Source: Peribolospora baueri (taxonomy: Eukaryota). Taken from it: 64,000 bases of DNA. The stretch spans positions 1 through 64,000 of the forward strand of contig JAMDHS010000016.1 in assembly GCA_029717555.1 (NCBI GenBank). Direction: 5' to 3'. Each line of letters begins with the position of its first letter. Position 1 is the first letter of the stretch. Positions 39,205-51,200 of this stretch are shown one piece after another. The notes under the pieces are model-generated. The model worked only from the letters and a program-made list of their open reading frames with translations. It ran no database searches and was not told the DNA's origin. A program made the translations under genes and the position numbers.

Positions 39205-41589
39205 ATGCCCCCTCGTCCTTCCCGCTCCGCCATCGCTCGGCTTTTGCGCGCCTCACACAGCTCACACTGTCCCTGCCACGGCTGCGCCGCCTCGTCCGCC
39301 GCCGCTCACGGCTTCAATGCCGCTCGTGTCGTGCAGAGCCTGGCCCAAGGCGGCAATAACGCTGCCAGCGGACGAGGATATGCGACGCCTGTGGACGGGG
39401 CGTTGCAGAAGGAGTATGCCTTTGAGGTGCGTGATTTTTTCATTCAACCGCCGCACGTCCTTGTTTCCATCCCCTAAACTTGACCCTGAAATAACTTCAG
39501 ATGGCGGCCTCCTCCATTCGCTTCGGAGAAGGCGTCACACGCGAGGTCGGCTTTGATCTGTCGAACATGAAAGCGACAAAGGTGGGCGTGTTCACCGACC
39601 CAACTGTTCGCCAGCTTGCGCCGGTCAAGACGGCTTTGGAGAGCTTGGACGCCCAGGGGCTCAAGTACGAGGTGTTTGACCGGGTCAGGGTCGAGCCGAA
39701 CGATAAGAGGTGGGTGAGAGGGAGATGATGGATAGAGCATGTACTAGATTAGACGACACCCGGACTGACGCTCTTTGCATTCTGACGCCTTGCTTGCGCT
39801 CGCCAGTTGGGCCGAGGCGATCGACTACGCTCGTCAACAAGACTTTTCGCACTGTGAGCTTCCTTGGCCGGTCACGTTCCCTGCCATATTCTGACAATGG
39901 AGCTCCCCTTTCCTCCGCTAGTCCTCGCCGTCGGAGGCGGCTCAGTGATGGACACCGCCAAGGTGGCCAACCTGTTCACCGTCTACAAGGATGCTGAGCT
40001 ACTCGACTTCACCAACGCCCCCGTTGGGAAAGGAAAGCCCGTGGACAGGACTCTCAGACCTCTGGTAGCGGGTGAGTGAGCGCAATCACTCTGAACCAAC
40101 CTGTCGTCATGCTCAATATCCGCCCGACCTCTCCGTTGCTTTCCTCTCGCAGTGCCCACCACGGCTGGAACAGGTTCGGAGACCACAGGAACGGCCATTT
40201 TCGACCACGGGCCTTCTGGCGCAAAGACGGGCATTGCCTCTCGTGCCCTCCGTCCAACCATCGGCATCGTCGACCCGCTGAACACCGCCACCTGTCCCGT
40301 CGAGGTACACATCAGCTCTGGATTGGACGTGGTGAGCATGTTTTCTCCGTACATGTTTGCCTCGTTGGCTCTTCAGTTTGAATAATTGTGCAATTTGCAT
40401 CGTGCTGATCGTGCTACCCTTCGTCCACCAAAGCTTTTCCACTCGCTGGAATCGTACACCGCGATTCCCTACACGGAACGCATGCCCCGTCCTCAGAATC
40501 CGCTTGCCCGTCCGGCTTACCAGGGCGCCAACCCGATCTCGGACATTTTCTCCCTCTGGGCGCTCAAGCAGACCGTAAAATATTTGCCGAGGCTCGTGAG
40601 GGACAAGCACGATAAGGAGGCGAGGGAACATATGATGTGCGTTCGCTCATGCTTTTTTTCGGAGGACACTTGACGAAATACCTTCGAACGTAATGGGCTG
40701 AACATCGTTTCCTCTTGTCGCGTTTGCGCCCTCTCCCAGGCTCGGTGCCGCGCTGGCAGGTGTTGGCTTCGGCAATGCGGGCGTGTAAGTTGTTTTGCAT
40801 ACCGCGCTCTCTCCGATATGTTCGCCGTGTACCTTTGTTGACCGACGTCTTCATTGTGCCTTTATATCTTACGTGTCTATAATTCGATGCGTCATGTGTA
40901 GTCGTGAGTAACAGCCCAGATGCGGGAGGTACCTCCCAGACCATCCGCTCTGATCATTTTCTGACGCCCTTCGCTTCGTAGATCTCTGCCACGGAATCTC
41001 CTACGCCGTGTCCGGCCTCAACAAGCGCTACGCGCACTGGCAACACCCAGGTTACTCGACGGACCACCCAATCGTCCCTCACGGTATCTCTGTCGCCCTC
41101 ACTGGCCCAGCCGTCTTCGATTTTACCTCGCCAAGCTCTCCTGACCGTCACCGCGAGGTGGCAGCCATCTTTGGAGCACGTGGAGAGGCAGGCGTGGACG
41201 AGGTGAATGAGGTCAAGAGACTGCCAGATAGCGAAATCGGACCGCTTCTATACGACGTGAGCTCGAGCTTTCTCTTCCCTTCCAAAGACGGACGCCTCCC
41301 GGTTTCCCTGCAGTTCCTCGCTCCGACGGCGCTCAGACTGAATTGTATCGCTCGCTTTTCTTTTGAATTTCGACCGACTCGATAGCGCATCGCCGCCTTC
41401 CTGGCCGAAGTGCAAGTCCCTCGGGGTCTTTCGGCGATTGGCTACGGGACGGAGCACATTGCCGACCTCGTCAAAGGTACGCTTCCACAACGCCGCGTTC
41501 TCGACCTCGCGCCGGGCATTGGCGACGTTGTCGGTGCTGATGGAAGGGAGCACCTGGCGGGGATCATTGAGCGGTCGATGAAGTATTAA
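39205..41589 (+). CDS. ADHFE1: Hydroxyacid-oxoacid transhydrogenase (Fe-ADH family), mitochondrial, multi-exon
   Basis: Motifs [45 protein letters not shown] and GFGNAGVHLCHGISY; Arg/Ser-rich presequence. Confidence 0.93.
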
Positions 41590-42669
41590 GACCGTCTTGA
41601 CGTGGCGTGAACCGCAAGGCACGTGGCGGTTTGAGCTCGAATTGCTTCAATATAGCTTTTTTTCCCCTTGACCTAGTGTCGCACAAGGAACCGACTCTTC
41701 ACATCTGCGAGACGACGAAATAGAACGTCGGTAGGGTTGGAAATGTAAAACGTCTGACAGTGCGAATGCATCGCGTTGTTGTCGTCTGATTCGAGAAGGG
41801 GGTTGCTAAGACGGAGGAAGAATAATTATCCGTGGATGGAGGACTGGAGGAGGAGGTGTCGACATAGGAGATTGGCAAAGAAGAAAAAGGGAGAGAAGTA
41901 CTGATGGAAGAAGCCTTTGTTTAGGCGACTATCTTAGTCCAGGGTCACTCGACCAAGTTGTGTCCCTCTTGTGCTCGTTCGACTACTCTCATGTATGTAA
42001 GACGAAGCCTCTACTTCACTCGAGAGGGAATCAAGTTGAGTCCCCTAAAAGTACAAATGGTGGGCGGACGAAGACAACTTGCAGGGCGACGACTCGGACG
42101 AGAGCTGTCTCCTCAGCGATGCCGAGAGTTGCACTCCCCCTTGGTCGTGACACCACTTTTCGGCCCAGTCCCCCTACTCGCTCTGTTCTGGGCTCATAAA
42201 TACGTCAGCCGATGCTGTGCCACTGCCGCCGTACCATGGGCCGCGTCCATCTGTAGGCACCACTATCTTATCGACATGCAGCATTTGGACTTGCTATCCA
42301 CACCTTCCCGAATCTTGCAATGGGCACCGAGGCCCATCCTGCCGTTCTACCCCATCGATGCCGTCCTGAACCTGTTGTCCTCCATGCACCGCCCCTGCCT
42401 TCTGGTACTATCAGTCTTCCTTGACCGGGTAACAACTTCATCGGCACATGTCGCCCTCCCTGGAGCGACGGTTTCGACGAATGCTCCGGAAAATACCAGA
42501 ACAAAGTGACGAAAAGGCACAAGGCCAAACCGTGCCAGCGAGCCAGCAACATCGTCGGGAGCTAGGGCCGGAGATGATCGTAGATGACGACGATCTGATA
42601 GTCTGACGCTATGAATTGGAACCATCTCCTATCGTACAAAGACTGGAAAACAGAACAGAGAAATCCCGT

Positions 42670-43520
42670 TCAGTTGTTTGTCGAAAACTTGTAGCTGTCA
42701 GAAGGGGAAAAAAAATGGTGGGCGAAGTGCCGCATGTGGAAACTCAGCAAAAGTTGTGGCTCCTATCTCCCATCGCGATGGAGAACGGTCCACCGAAGGC
42801 CAACGACCAGTGTCACCGCACCACTCACGCGCATTTCGGACATTCGTAAAAGACTGTCGTGCCCTCGTCCGCGCTTCGAAGCTGAAGGGTGTGATACGTC
42901 ATCTCCTCGTTGCCACATTTCGGGCAGCTCTCCTTGATCTGTGAGTGTCATGGGACGAAGGCCACGACAAATCAAAGTAAAGCGCACCTGTAAGTATAAG
43001 GAAATAATAAAAGCACAGAGGGTAAGAGCGAGGCAGGGAGCACACACCGTGGCCTCCTTCGGCCGCTCGTCAGGGGAGGGTGCCTTCACGACAAGGTTTC
43101 GTTTTTGTCGCAGCGCAGATGGAAAAGCGGTGGGGTGTGAGCGGGTAACTATTGTGAGGTTCCCATACGCTTTGGGCAGTGTGAAAGGATAATCAAAAGA
43201 TGAAAGGGTGATGAATGAGGACGGGCGGAGAAGCAGATACGTCAGCGGACCAAGGCCTGTCATTGGTGGCACCCCATGGCCAGTCATTCGCGTATCCTCT
43301 TTAGCAAACCCATATTGAGGCTGCTTTGGTGGATCAGCCCCTCAATGCCACCTCGAATTGACCCACCTCTCGCGTCCTCAGACCTTCCACAAAGCGAGCA
43401 CTTGATCGCATCGTCGTCGCCGGGCAGATCGAGGAGTGTTCCGCAATCGGGGCAGAAGAGCAAGGAACCAATCTTGTTGGGCATAGATGTGTGAGAAGAG
43501 GTGGACTTAGGAGGAGCCAT
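42670..43520 (-). CDS. RPA12: RNA polymerase I subunit A12, 4 exons
   Basis: N-terminal zinc ribbon IGSLLFCPDCGTLL..CSLC and C-terminal ribbon CPKCGNEEMTYHTLQLRSADEGTTVFYECPKC, ending AYKFSTNN*. Confidence 0.93.
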
Positions 43521-43801
43521 GACAATAAGTGAACGAAACTGAGGTGAAAGCGGGCTTGACGAGGTTAGCGAAAGATGTGGTTGATGGATAGCAGAGCAGA
43601 GATGGGCACAGATGATCGGTTAATAAACTGCGGCACACCTTTTGGGCCCCGAGAACCGCAGCATCGACCGCAGCACAGAGATGGGTCCGGTTGACTACCT
43701 GTCTCCAGCATTTGCAGGTCTCTCAGACGCCGGGAGGACCGTTCGAAGCGAATAGCCAAGCAGCCTACATTGGATTTAGCGGCCAACTGATCGGAAGGAC
43801 A

Positions 43802-43891
43802 GGGCAAGTTGGGGTGGTCAACTTGCCCGCGCCTGTGATCACTTGCCCGCGCCTGTGATCTCACCTCGACGCGGTGGCCTCGACGCGGTGG
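43802..43891. repeat. Hairpin plus two tandem duplications in the RPA12/CENP-K divergent promoter
   Basis: GGGCAAGTTG/CAACTTGCCC inverted pair; ACTTGCCCGCGCCTGTGATC x2 (43821-43860); CCTCGACGCGGTGG x2 (43864-43891). Confidence 0.85.
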
Positions 43892-43966
43892 GCGCGCGCC
43901 GTGTACATGATGCGATCGGCGACAATCGACTCTCCGTCCAACCACCAAACTCGTCCTCCCACCGAC

Positions 43967-45107
43967 ATGGATCGATCAAGAACAGAACTCGAGTCGAGGC
44001 TGAGAGACTCTGAGGACGAGTTGATATGTCTTCAACAGGGTGGGTGCGCCTATCTCTCTGTCCATTGCTCATCCCGCCCCGTCTTCTCAGTACGATCCTT
44101 TGCCCAACCGGCTCTCCCGCACTGCAGAGCTTGAAACCCCACCACCGGACTTCGACGACTTCCTCCTGTCCATCCTCGCCCGAAAACGGATCGCCGCCGA
44201 CATAGAAGGCTATCGAGAAGCCACCTCCTTCTTGGAAAAGCAGCTTAAGGAGACGAGGAAGGAGGTGGAGGAGTGCGTCCTCACGCTTTCTCGTCTGTTC
44301 CCAGCTCCGATCTTCGGCACCTGAAAAAGCGCTGCTGACACTTTTCCCCCCTTTTCTCCGTCCCCCACTGCAAGACAAAGACAGCTACTGTCCGACACTC
44401 GGACAATTCAAGCGGGCCTGAACAAGCGACTGGCGGATGCGAAGGAAAAGAGGGGCAAGCTGTCGGAGGGCGAGATTATCCGGTGAGAAGCAAGCAATCT
44501 CGCTCGTTCGTCGCCTCAATCATCCTTGTCCGCGAAACCGACGTTCTGTTTGTAGCATGTCTATGCTGACTCCTTCCTCCCATTGCTACCTAAATTCCCG
44601 CGCATGTGCTTCGCACTTCCCACCGCTCCCCGGCATCAGCACGCTCTCCGCCCGACGAGACAAGCTCGACGAAGATCTCTCCTACCTTCTTAAGTCACTC
44701 ATTGGTTTCGTTGACACTTTGTATCCGGGTGACGGCGAGGAGGTCGAAAGGGAGCGAATACTGCTGAGGAGGGTGTTGGATGTGGGTGTGCAGCCATGGA
44801 CGGGCCTCTTTCCAGGCATCTTGTCTTGCATGAGCATGCCATTGCCCAGTTTGTCTCTCTTTTTCTCTGCTGACTCACACCCTTCCCAACTCGGCCCTGC
44901 ATTACCTTCCCTCCAATCTCCACACAGACCCTGATGAACCATGCCTGGACCTCTCCAGCAGACCCGTATGTGGCCTTGGACGACTTTGGCTTCTCCTTTC
45001 CGCGCGAGATGTTGCTCTTGCTGCAGCGCGCCAACTGCGTCGTCGAGCACCCGAGGGACGCTAAGCGTGTCAGACTTGTTGGCTTTCAAAAGCAAACGGT
45101 TTCCTGA
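43967..45107 (+). CDS. CENPK: CENP-K/Sim4-like inner kinetochore (CCAN) protein, 5 exons
   Basis: Coiled-coil N-terminus. The spliced C-terminus TLMNHAWTSPADPYVAL...LLLLQRANCVVEHPRDAKRVRLVGF matches the recalled CENP-K C-terminal pattern (L.N...DPYV...LL.R...HP.D..R.RL..F). Confidence 0.7.
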
Positions 45108-45411
45108 GAGGATTGCGTGCCCCCCGGTGCAGGATGCAGAAAGGCGGCTCGCCCAGTCCACGTTCTACACCTGGCGTGACGAGTGGTGGTCGACAAGACG
45201 GCCTCCACGATACCGTTTCCTCCCTCTCTTGGTCTCACCCATCTACGTCAGATTGTTGACTTTACTCTAGAAATGTATCATCCGTCATCGGCTTCGCGGG
45301 AGGGACAGGCGAGCTTCAAGACAGTGAGCGTGACCTAAGCGACACGAACTCCTCTCCTTCCTCCTCTGACGCTTTAAAACAAACAGTTTGCAGTGCCGTG
45401 CCGAGAGCCGC

Positions 45412-46798
45412 CTAAGCCCTGACCTCTACCCGGCATTTGACCCAGTTCTCGTATGTCTCTTCCCCCCTCAACACCGTGTCCGTTCCAGCGGCCTCTTGCA
45501 GCTCGGGATGCAAGAAGGTGGCGTGGGGGTGAGAGAACTCGAGCATGGCAGCCGAGCGCTCAAAGTTACCTCCTCCGTCTTTGCCTTTGTCCCGTCCTCC
45601 TCCTTCTCCGCTTCCACGACGGTGGAGAGCCTTGCGAAGGCCGCCCGCTTGCGTGTTCTCTGGTCGAGGAGGCATGAAGTTGGCCGTGTAGAGCTGCACG
45701 CCGGTCTGGTTGGTGGAGAAGGATAGAGAGATGCCGGACCTCGGTCCCGTGAAGCGAGCCGCCTCGGGAGCGTTTGTAGAGTCTTGGAGGGAGAGACCGG
45801 CACCGACGTCGCGGCCGAAAAAATAGTAGTGGTCGTACCCCTTCTCGGGCATCGAGGTGGCCACGCGTTTGCCGCCATTCTTCTCAGCGCCGCCGCCCCG
45901 CCAATCGTGTGGTTGCGAGACTGGGTTTAGGGTGCCGATGGGGACTTGACTCGCGTCCAGAGCGAGAACAGAGGGGGCAGAGAGGAAGAGTTGGTGATCG
46001 TCGATGGTACCGTCGCCTTGGCCGCTGGAGGCGACAACGGAAGCGTCGAGATTGAACCCCCAGTGCTGGGTCAGGTTGAGCGGAGTGGCAGAACAGTCGG
46101 CGTGGGACTCGAGCTGGGCACGGTAGGCGAGCACGACGTTGCCGACTGCGTGAGCGTCGTGCTGAGCCGGAGGCTCGACGGCGACGCGCGCCTCGACACG
46201 CAGAGCTCCAGGGAAGCCGTTGTCGTCATGAGGGGCGTCGATGCCGAATACGGCCGACGAACGAGCGTCTGAAGCATCAGAGGGGGAGAAGAGGCGTGTC
46301 TGGAGCGGGCTCAGACGGTGCCAGAGCCGGCGGTCGAACGGGCCACGGGCGAGAGGGTCCGACGAGGCTGGACCGCCGTGGAGAGACACTCCTGGACCGC
46401 CTGTGGAGGGGCCGATAAGGAAATAATAAAGAGGTGAATGAGAAGGCAGTGGCTTTTGCTCTCTCGTAGAGAAAACGCCGCCTAGGCCAGCAGCACTCAC
46501 TGAACTCCAAGACGTCCACCACTCCCTCGTCCTTGCCAAACTTGTGCTTGCCCGCCGGAAGACGATTGGCGTATCTGCCAATAATGGGGCCAAGGAAACC
46601 CCTCCCATGGCGTTCGTGGTCGCGCGGGTCCTCGGGTCCGACAATGAGATCGTGCGACTGAGCGGGCGTGTGGACGAGGAGGCGGTGGATGGTGAGTCCG
46701 AAGGGGAGGACGTGTACTTCGAGTGCGGGGCGGGAGGCTGCGGGGGCAGGGAGAGAGAGGACGACGGGCTGGAAAGCCCAGTCAGGGTATGCGGCCAT
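45412..46798 (-). CDS. Aldose 1-epimerase (galactose mutarotase), 2 exons
   Basis: Motifs GPIIGRYANR, LHGG, GFPG, TPLNLTQHWGFNL, GYDHYY and GVQLYTAN. Confidence 0.9.
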
Positions 46799-47657
46799 GT
46801 CGATCTGCTTGGCTGAGAAGAAGATGGTAGTCAGAGGTGGACGACGCTGGAATAGAAGGACGGGTATGGTCAGTGAATGACGGCAGACGCCGCACGAACG
46901 TCAGTCAGTTGCAGATCACCGAGCGAGCGGCGATCAACATTGAACGGCGTTGCGACGCGTCCAAGATTGCCGGCGGTTCGGTCGTCGGCTTATTTCTTGC
47001 ACCGCGTCCACCACTTCATCCATCACGCCCTGGCTACTTGAGCGTGCGGATGCTTCGCCACTTTCAGCAATCGGAGACGTGCGTGGGAGTGCGCGTGACG
47101 ATCGAGAACATGCCGTCGGGCCTGAATGAAGCCTGAGGCATCGAGTTGGGATAAGCTACACGATATGAGCGTGTGTGACGCGCCGAGAGAGAGAGAGACG
47201 GAGAGGCTACAAGAGCAGGGACAGCAAGTACTGAAGCAACGAACACGCAAGTGGCGACCGAGACGGGAGGGATAGCAGGACGGGCAGGGGAGGCTAAACG
47301 CGTGAATGGTGACCGACATCGCGAACGGAGGCAGCAGTGAGGAGCAGTGGAGACGGGAATACCATCTGTATGAATACGAATGGGCCGTGAGACGTGAGAG
47401 GAAGCATGCCGCACCGCGTCGCTCCCCCACTACCAGCCAAGAAAGAAACGCAAGCGAGAAAAAAAAAACAACAACGAAGAACAGCGTTGATACGACCGGT
47501 TCGAGCTGAGCAAGCCAAGGCAGAGAAGAGAGAGCAGTGATGGTGACAGAGCCGACAGCGAACCAGCGGGTCCGTCGGGTCCGTTTATTCCCTCCCCCTG
47601 CGAACATTCTTCTCCCTCGGCCTCTTCGCCTCCCTAACGTCGTCCGGAACGCTCCGC

Positions 47658-49790
47658 TCACGTCCAAGCGACCCTCACGACCGCTTGGCCTAGACCGAGC
47701 AGCCTTACTGCTCGCTCCAGGTTGCTCCTCACGGCGCTGTCGATGAGCGGGATCGATAACGCTTTGTCCGCCCACGTCGTCAGCGCTTCTTCGACGGGAT
47801 GCGGAAGGAGTTGGATCTGGGAGGAGGAGAAAAAGGGAGAAGAAGAGGCGGGCGCGAACAGCGGGTCGTCCGAGTCCGAAAAGACGTGGGCGTCGGGAGA
47901 GGAGGAAGAGAAGAAAGGCACGAGAGGCGGGAGGTACGGAAAGGAGGTGAGAGAGGAAGGACGGGGAAGAACGGCGGTCGGCCTCACTTGCACTCTCGAC
48001 TTGGTCACCGCGAGTCGAATGCCGTCTTTGACCAACATCGCGATCAGGTCGGATAGGAGCCTGAAAACGGTCGACCTGTGGATGCGGTGCAAAGCGCCGG
48101 GGGTCCGATCGAGAAGGAAAAATGAAAGCGAGAGAGAGGAGGAAGCGAGGTTGGAAAGCGGGCTGGGGAGGTGAGAGAAGAAGGAGGGAATCGGGTTGTC
48201 GAGCGTCAGGGTGAACGTGACCTCCAGCGGTTGTGAAGGAGGGAAGGACGTGGGGGAGAGAGAGAGAGGAGATATCGCCATCGGGTCGAACGGCCCGTAG
48301 CTGCCTGCGCCCATCCTAGCTCGCCAAGACGGAGTCCAATCGCCCCACTTGACGGTCCTTTCCTCCTCGTGAGGCTCGCCCTCCTGCTCATCCGTTGCAG
48401 AGGTCGAACTGGTGAGGGAAGAAGAAGGAGACCGGAAGGCATGACTGGATCGGTGCGACGCGGTGGGCGCGTAGGGCGAGGTCGGCTGAGGCGTAAAGAA
48501 GGTAGAGGAGGAATGGGAAGAAGAGCCTCCGTCGTCGGCGGTGCGAGCGTGCATCGTTGCGCGCGTCATCGTCGTTCGGCTGCTCGTCGTCTTCCACCAT
48601 GCCCCTTCACTCGCACTCGACCTGGAGATGGATCGCGAAGAAGGCGGAGCGCGGGGGTCCCACGAAGCTTTCCAAGCGCTCGCGCCCAGCCTTGCTTCTC
48701 CGCCTACCGGCGCCCCGTTTTCCTCGCCTCTCACATCCTCCCAGAAGCTCTCCCTCTCCCTTTCCCTGTGTCGACCCCTCTCCCAGGATTTAGCCCTATC
48801 CCTCGTCTGCGCAGCGACGGCCTCGGCTGCGGCGGCCAAGAGCGTCTCGTTATCGCCTTCGATCACCACAGGTAACTCCTCCGAGAAGCTCACGCTTTTC
48901 CGATGTGCTCGCTTCGTTGTCCCTCCGGCAGCGGCGCCGGCGCCCGTCCGGCGGGAGAGGGATGAGACGGGAGAGCTTGTTGGCGTGGGCGGGGCGATCG
49001 GCGTTGTCGAATCTTCGGGAGAGGCGCTGGGGAAGGGGATGAGCTCCTCTGGTGACGGTGTCGCCTCCCGCTCTGGACGCGGAGGGGGACCGGGCAGGCC
49101 CAGCTCTTGCTCCTGTTCCGCAACCGCCTCCTGCAGACCGGCCTCCTCCATCACAGACGACTCCTCGCCTCGTAGCGGCACCGTGTTGTTGAGATTATGT
49201 GACGATCGGCCATCGGCAGCCGCGTTTGCGACGATTCCAGATTCGTCGAGATAAGAGGCTGCGATCGGACGAGGATCGACGTCGACGGAGAGCGGGATGA
49301 GAGGTGACGCGCTTGAGGTGCGAAGGAAGCCTGGGCGTGTTGCATTATGACCCGGTCGAAGAGCTTCGGGGAGTGATAGGGGATGCGCAATGCTATCGGA
49401 CTGCAGGCGACGCCTCAAGGATTCCTTGACGGCTTCTATGCCTCTTGTGGACGGTTCGTCCGACGGACTGGGGGCGACGTCGTCCATTGATACGGCCTTG
49501 GGACGGATCTTTCTCAGTTTAGTCCTGCCGGCGGAGGCGACAGCGGGTGCAGTGGATGAGAGAATGTGGGTGCCATCCCCGTCATCCGACGGGGCGGCGA
49601 GTGAGGACTGAGCGCCGGCAGGGAAGGGAACGACAGGACGCGAGAGAGCGCCTGGGCCGGTCAGCACGGTCGAGCTGGAACTTGGGGTCGGGTCTGGGGT
49701 GGTGTCGAGGCTGAGGCTGAGGCTGGGAAGGGAGGAGGTAGAGGAGAGAGTATATAGAGATGGAGTTGTGCTTGGTCGATAGAAGGGGGC
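47658..49790 (-). CDS. Hypothetical Ser/Pro-rich protein (large exon; gene ends uncertain)
   Basis: Open frame of ~700 codons. Acceptor-like site near 49788 and GTGAGC donor near 47661; a probable upstream exon near 50083-50240. No recognisable domain. Confidence 0.55.
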   Translation of the reverse strand, partial: APFYRPSTTPSLYTLSSTSSLPSLSLSLDTTPDPTPSSSSTVLTGPGALSRPVVPFPAGAQSSLAAPSDDGDGTHILSSTAPAVASAGRTKLRKIRPKAVSMDDVAPSPSDEPSTRGIEAVKESLRRRLQSDSIAHPLSLPEALRPGHNATRPGFLRTSSASPLIPLSVDVDPRPIAASYLDESGIVANAAADGRSSHNLNNTVPLRGEESSVMEEAGLQEAVAEQEQELGLPGPPPRPEREATPSPEELIPFPSASPEDSTTPIAPPTPTSSPVSSLSRRTGAGAAAGGTTKRAHRKSVSFSEELPVVIEGDNETLLAAAAEAVAAQTRDRAKSWERGRHRERERESFWEDVRGEENGAPVGGEARLGASAWKASWDPRAPPSSRSISRSSASEGAWWKTTSSRTTMTRATMHARTADDGGSSSHSSSTFFTPQPTSPYAPTASHRSSHAFRSPSSSLTSSTSATDEQEGEPHEEERTVKWGDWTPSWRARMGAGSYGPFDPMAISPLSLSPTSFPPSQPLEVTFTLTLDNPIPSFFSHLPSPLSNLASSSLSLSFFLLDRTPGALHRIHRSTVFRLLSDLIAMLVKDGIRLAVTKSRVQVRPTAVLPRPSSLTSFPYLPPLVPFFSSSSPDAHVFSDSDDPLFAPASSSPFFSSSQIQLLPHPVEEALTTWADKALSIPLIDSAVRSNLERAVRLLGLGQAVVRVAWT

Positions 49791-50945
49791 CCAAGGAGAA
49801 CAGTCGAGTAAGCGGGGAAACACAGAGGTATGCGGTGGCCATCAGTCGGCGCAAGGAAGGGCCGTATCATATCGTATCATATCATATGAATGCGATGCAC
49901 TCGGCGTAGTTCGTCCACGTTCGCATCTCCTTCTCACGAACCCACCCTTCCCCACCGCCACTTGCCGCCGATGGCCCATCCCTCCCTCACCCTCCAAGTC
50001 GCCACAAAGACTCGCTCGTGTCCCTTCAAGCTCACCTCGTTCGCCTCCGCTCAGACCCCGGCCGTACCTGAGCTTGACATACCCTGTCCTCCACTTCCTT
50101 CGCCATCTCCCCGACTTTCTCCTCCATAACAAACCGAGAACCGTCCTCCTTAAACGACCCTAACCTGCGCGACCGCGGCCACGCCTTCGTTTGGTCTTGG
50201 AAGCTGTCTAGCTTATCGATCCTGAGAGCCAAGCCAATTTCACCTTGGCGCTGGCTCGCGGTCGGACGCCGGGGCGAGAGGGAGCTCAAGGCCGTCCGAG
50301 GTCGCTAGGCGACGAGCCGGGGCGCGGGTCGAATGATGGGAACCCGGGTGGCGATGGTGGCGGCGTGAAGCGAAGGCGGCTGAAGTAGGGTGGGACGACG
50401 ACGAGGAGGAAGATGAGAAAGTTTTAAGATCCAGGGCGCGCAAAGGCGTGCATTGGGAAATCGAGCTGGCAACTGACAGGCTTATCGATAAAGGAAGACG
50501 GCGGCCTCGTGTCCGACACGACGGCAGGTGGCGGAGCGAGGGAAAGTTTGCCCGGTTGGTTTGGGGGGACGGGGTCGAAGATACGGGACAGACAGGTGAT
50601 GGGAGGATCGCATTGCCTTGCCGCGCGCGAAGGAGGGAAGAGAAGAGTGGGTCGTTGGCCGGGGCGAGATTGGTTTCATGCGCATTCAGTCGTAGAAGAC
50701 GACAAACGGCCAGGCGGACAGCAGGCTTGGACAGGACGAGGTGGATGTCCAGCCGGCTAGGGCGGTGCGGCCTGGAGGAAAAGATAAACTTGAACGGGGT
50801 TCAACGCCGGCTCGCTTGCCCTCATTCCCACTCTGCCTGCACAAGTTGCTGTGTGTTCGTCCGAAGACGAGTGCTCGGGCACTGCACAGCACCTATTATG
50901 GAGGTGAGCGTGTGTTCGAGCCGTTGAGCCATCGAGAAAAGGACG

Positions 50946-50955
50946 AAAAAAAAAA
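50946..50955 (-). terminator. Pol III oligo-T terminator of the tRNA
   Basis: T10 on the minus strand 5 nt after the tRNA 3' end. Confidence 0.8.
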
Positions 50956-50960
50956 TATTT

Positions 50961-51056
50961 CGACGACTGCAGGATTCGAACCTACGCGGGCAAAGCCCAT
51001 GGGTTGTTCGTGAACACAGTTCTAGACCCACCTCGTAACCACTTGAGTAAGTCGTC
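50961..51056 (-). tRNA. tRNA-Ser(AGA) with 14-nt intron
   Basis: Acceptor stem GACGACT/AGTCGTC with G73; anticodon stem TGGGT/ACCCA with AGA at 51023-51021; intron 51019-51006; variable arm GGGC-TTT-GCCC; T-loop GGTTCGAATCC. Confidence 0.95.
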
Positions 51057-51200
51057 GGACACAAGTTCACGTGCCAATCTGTCTCAGTCCACCCTAGCTA
51101 CCACTTTTCCACGGCCGCGATCGCCGCGTCGCCTTCCGCACTCTTTGGCGCCCTCGCGCCAGACTCCTGCTCTGGACAATCTCAACAGCCCACCTCCACC

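Noticed and set aside
12442..45107. Functional cluster of chromosome-maintenance genes (SLD5, ELG1, NSL1, CENP-K)
   Set aside because: They are interspersed with unrelated housekeeping genes over 33 kb, which is compatible with chance.
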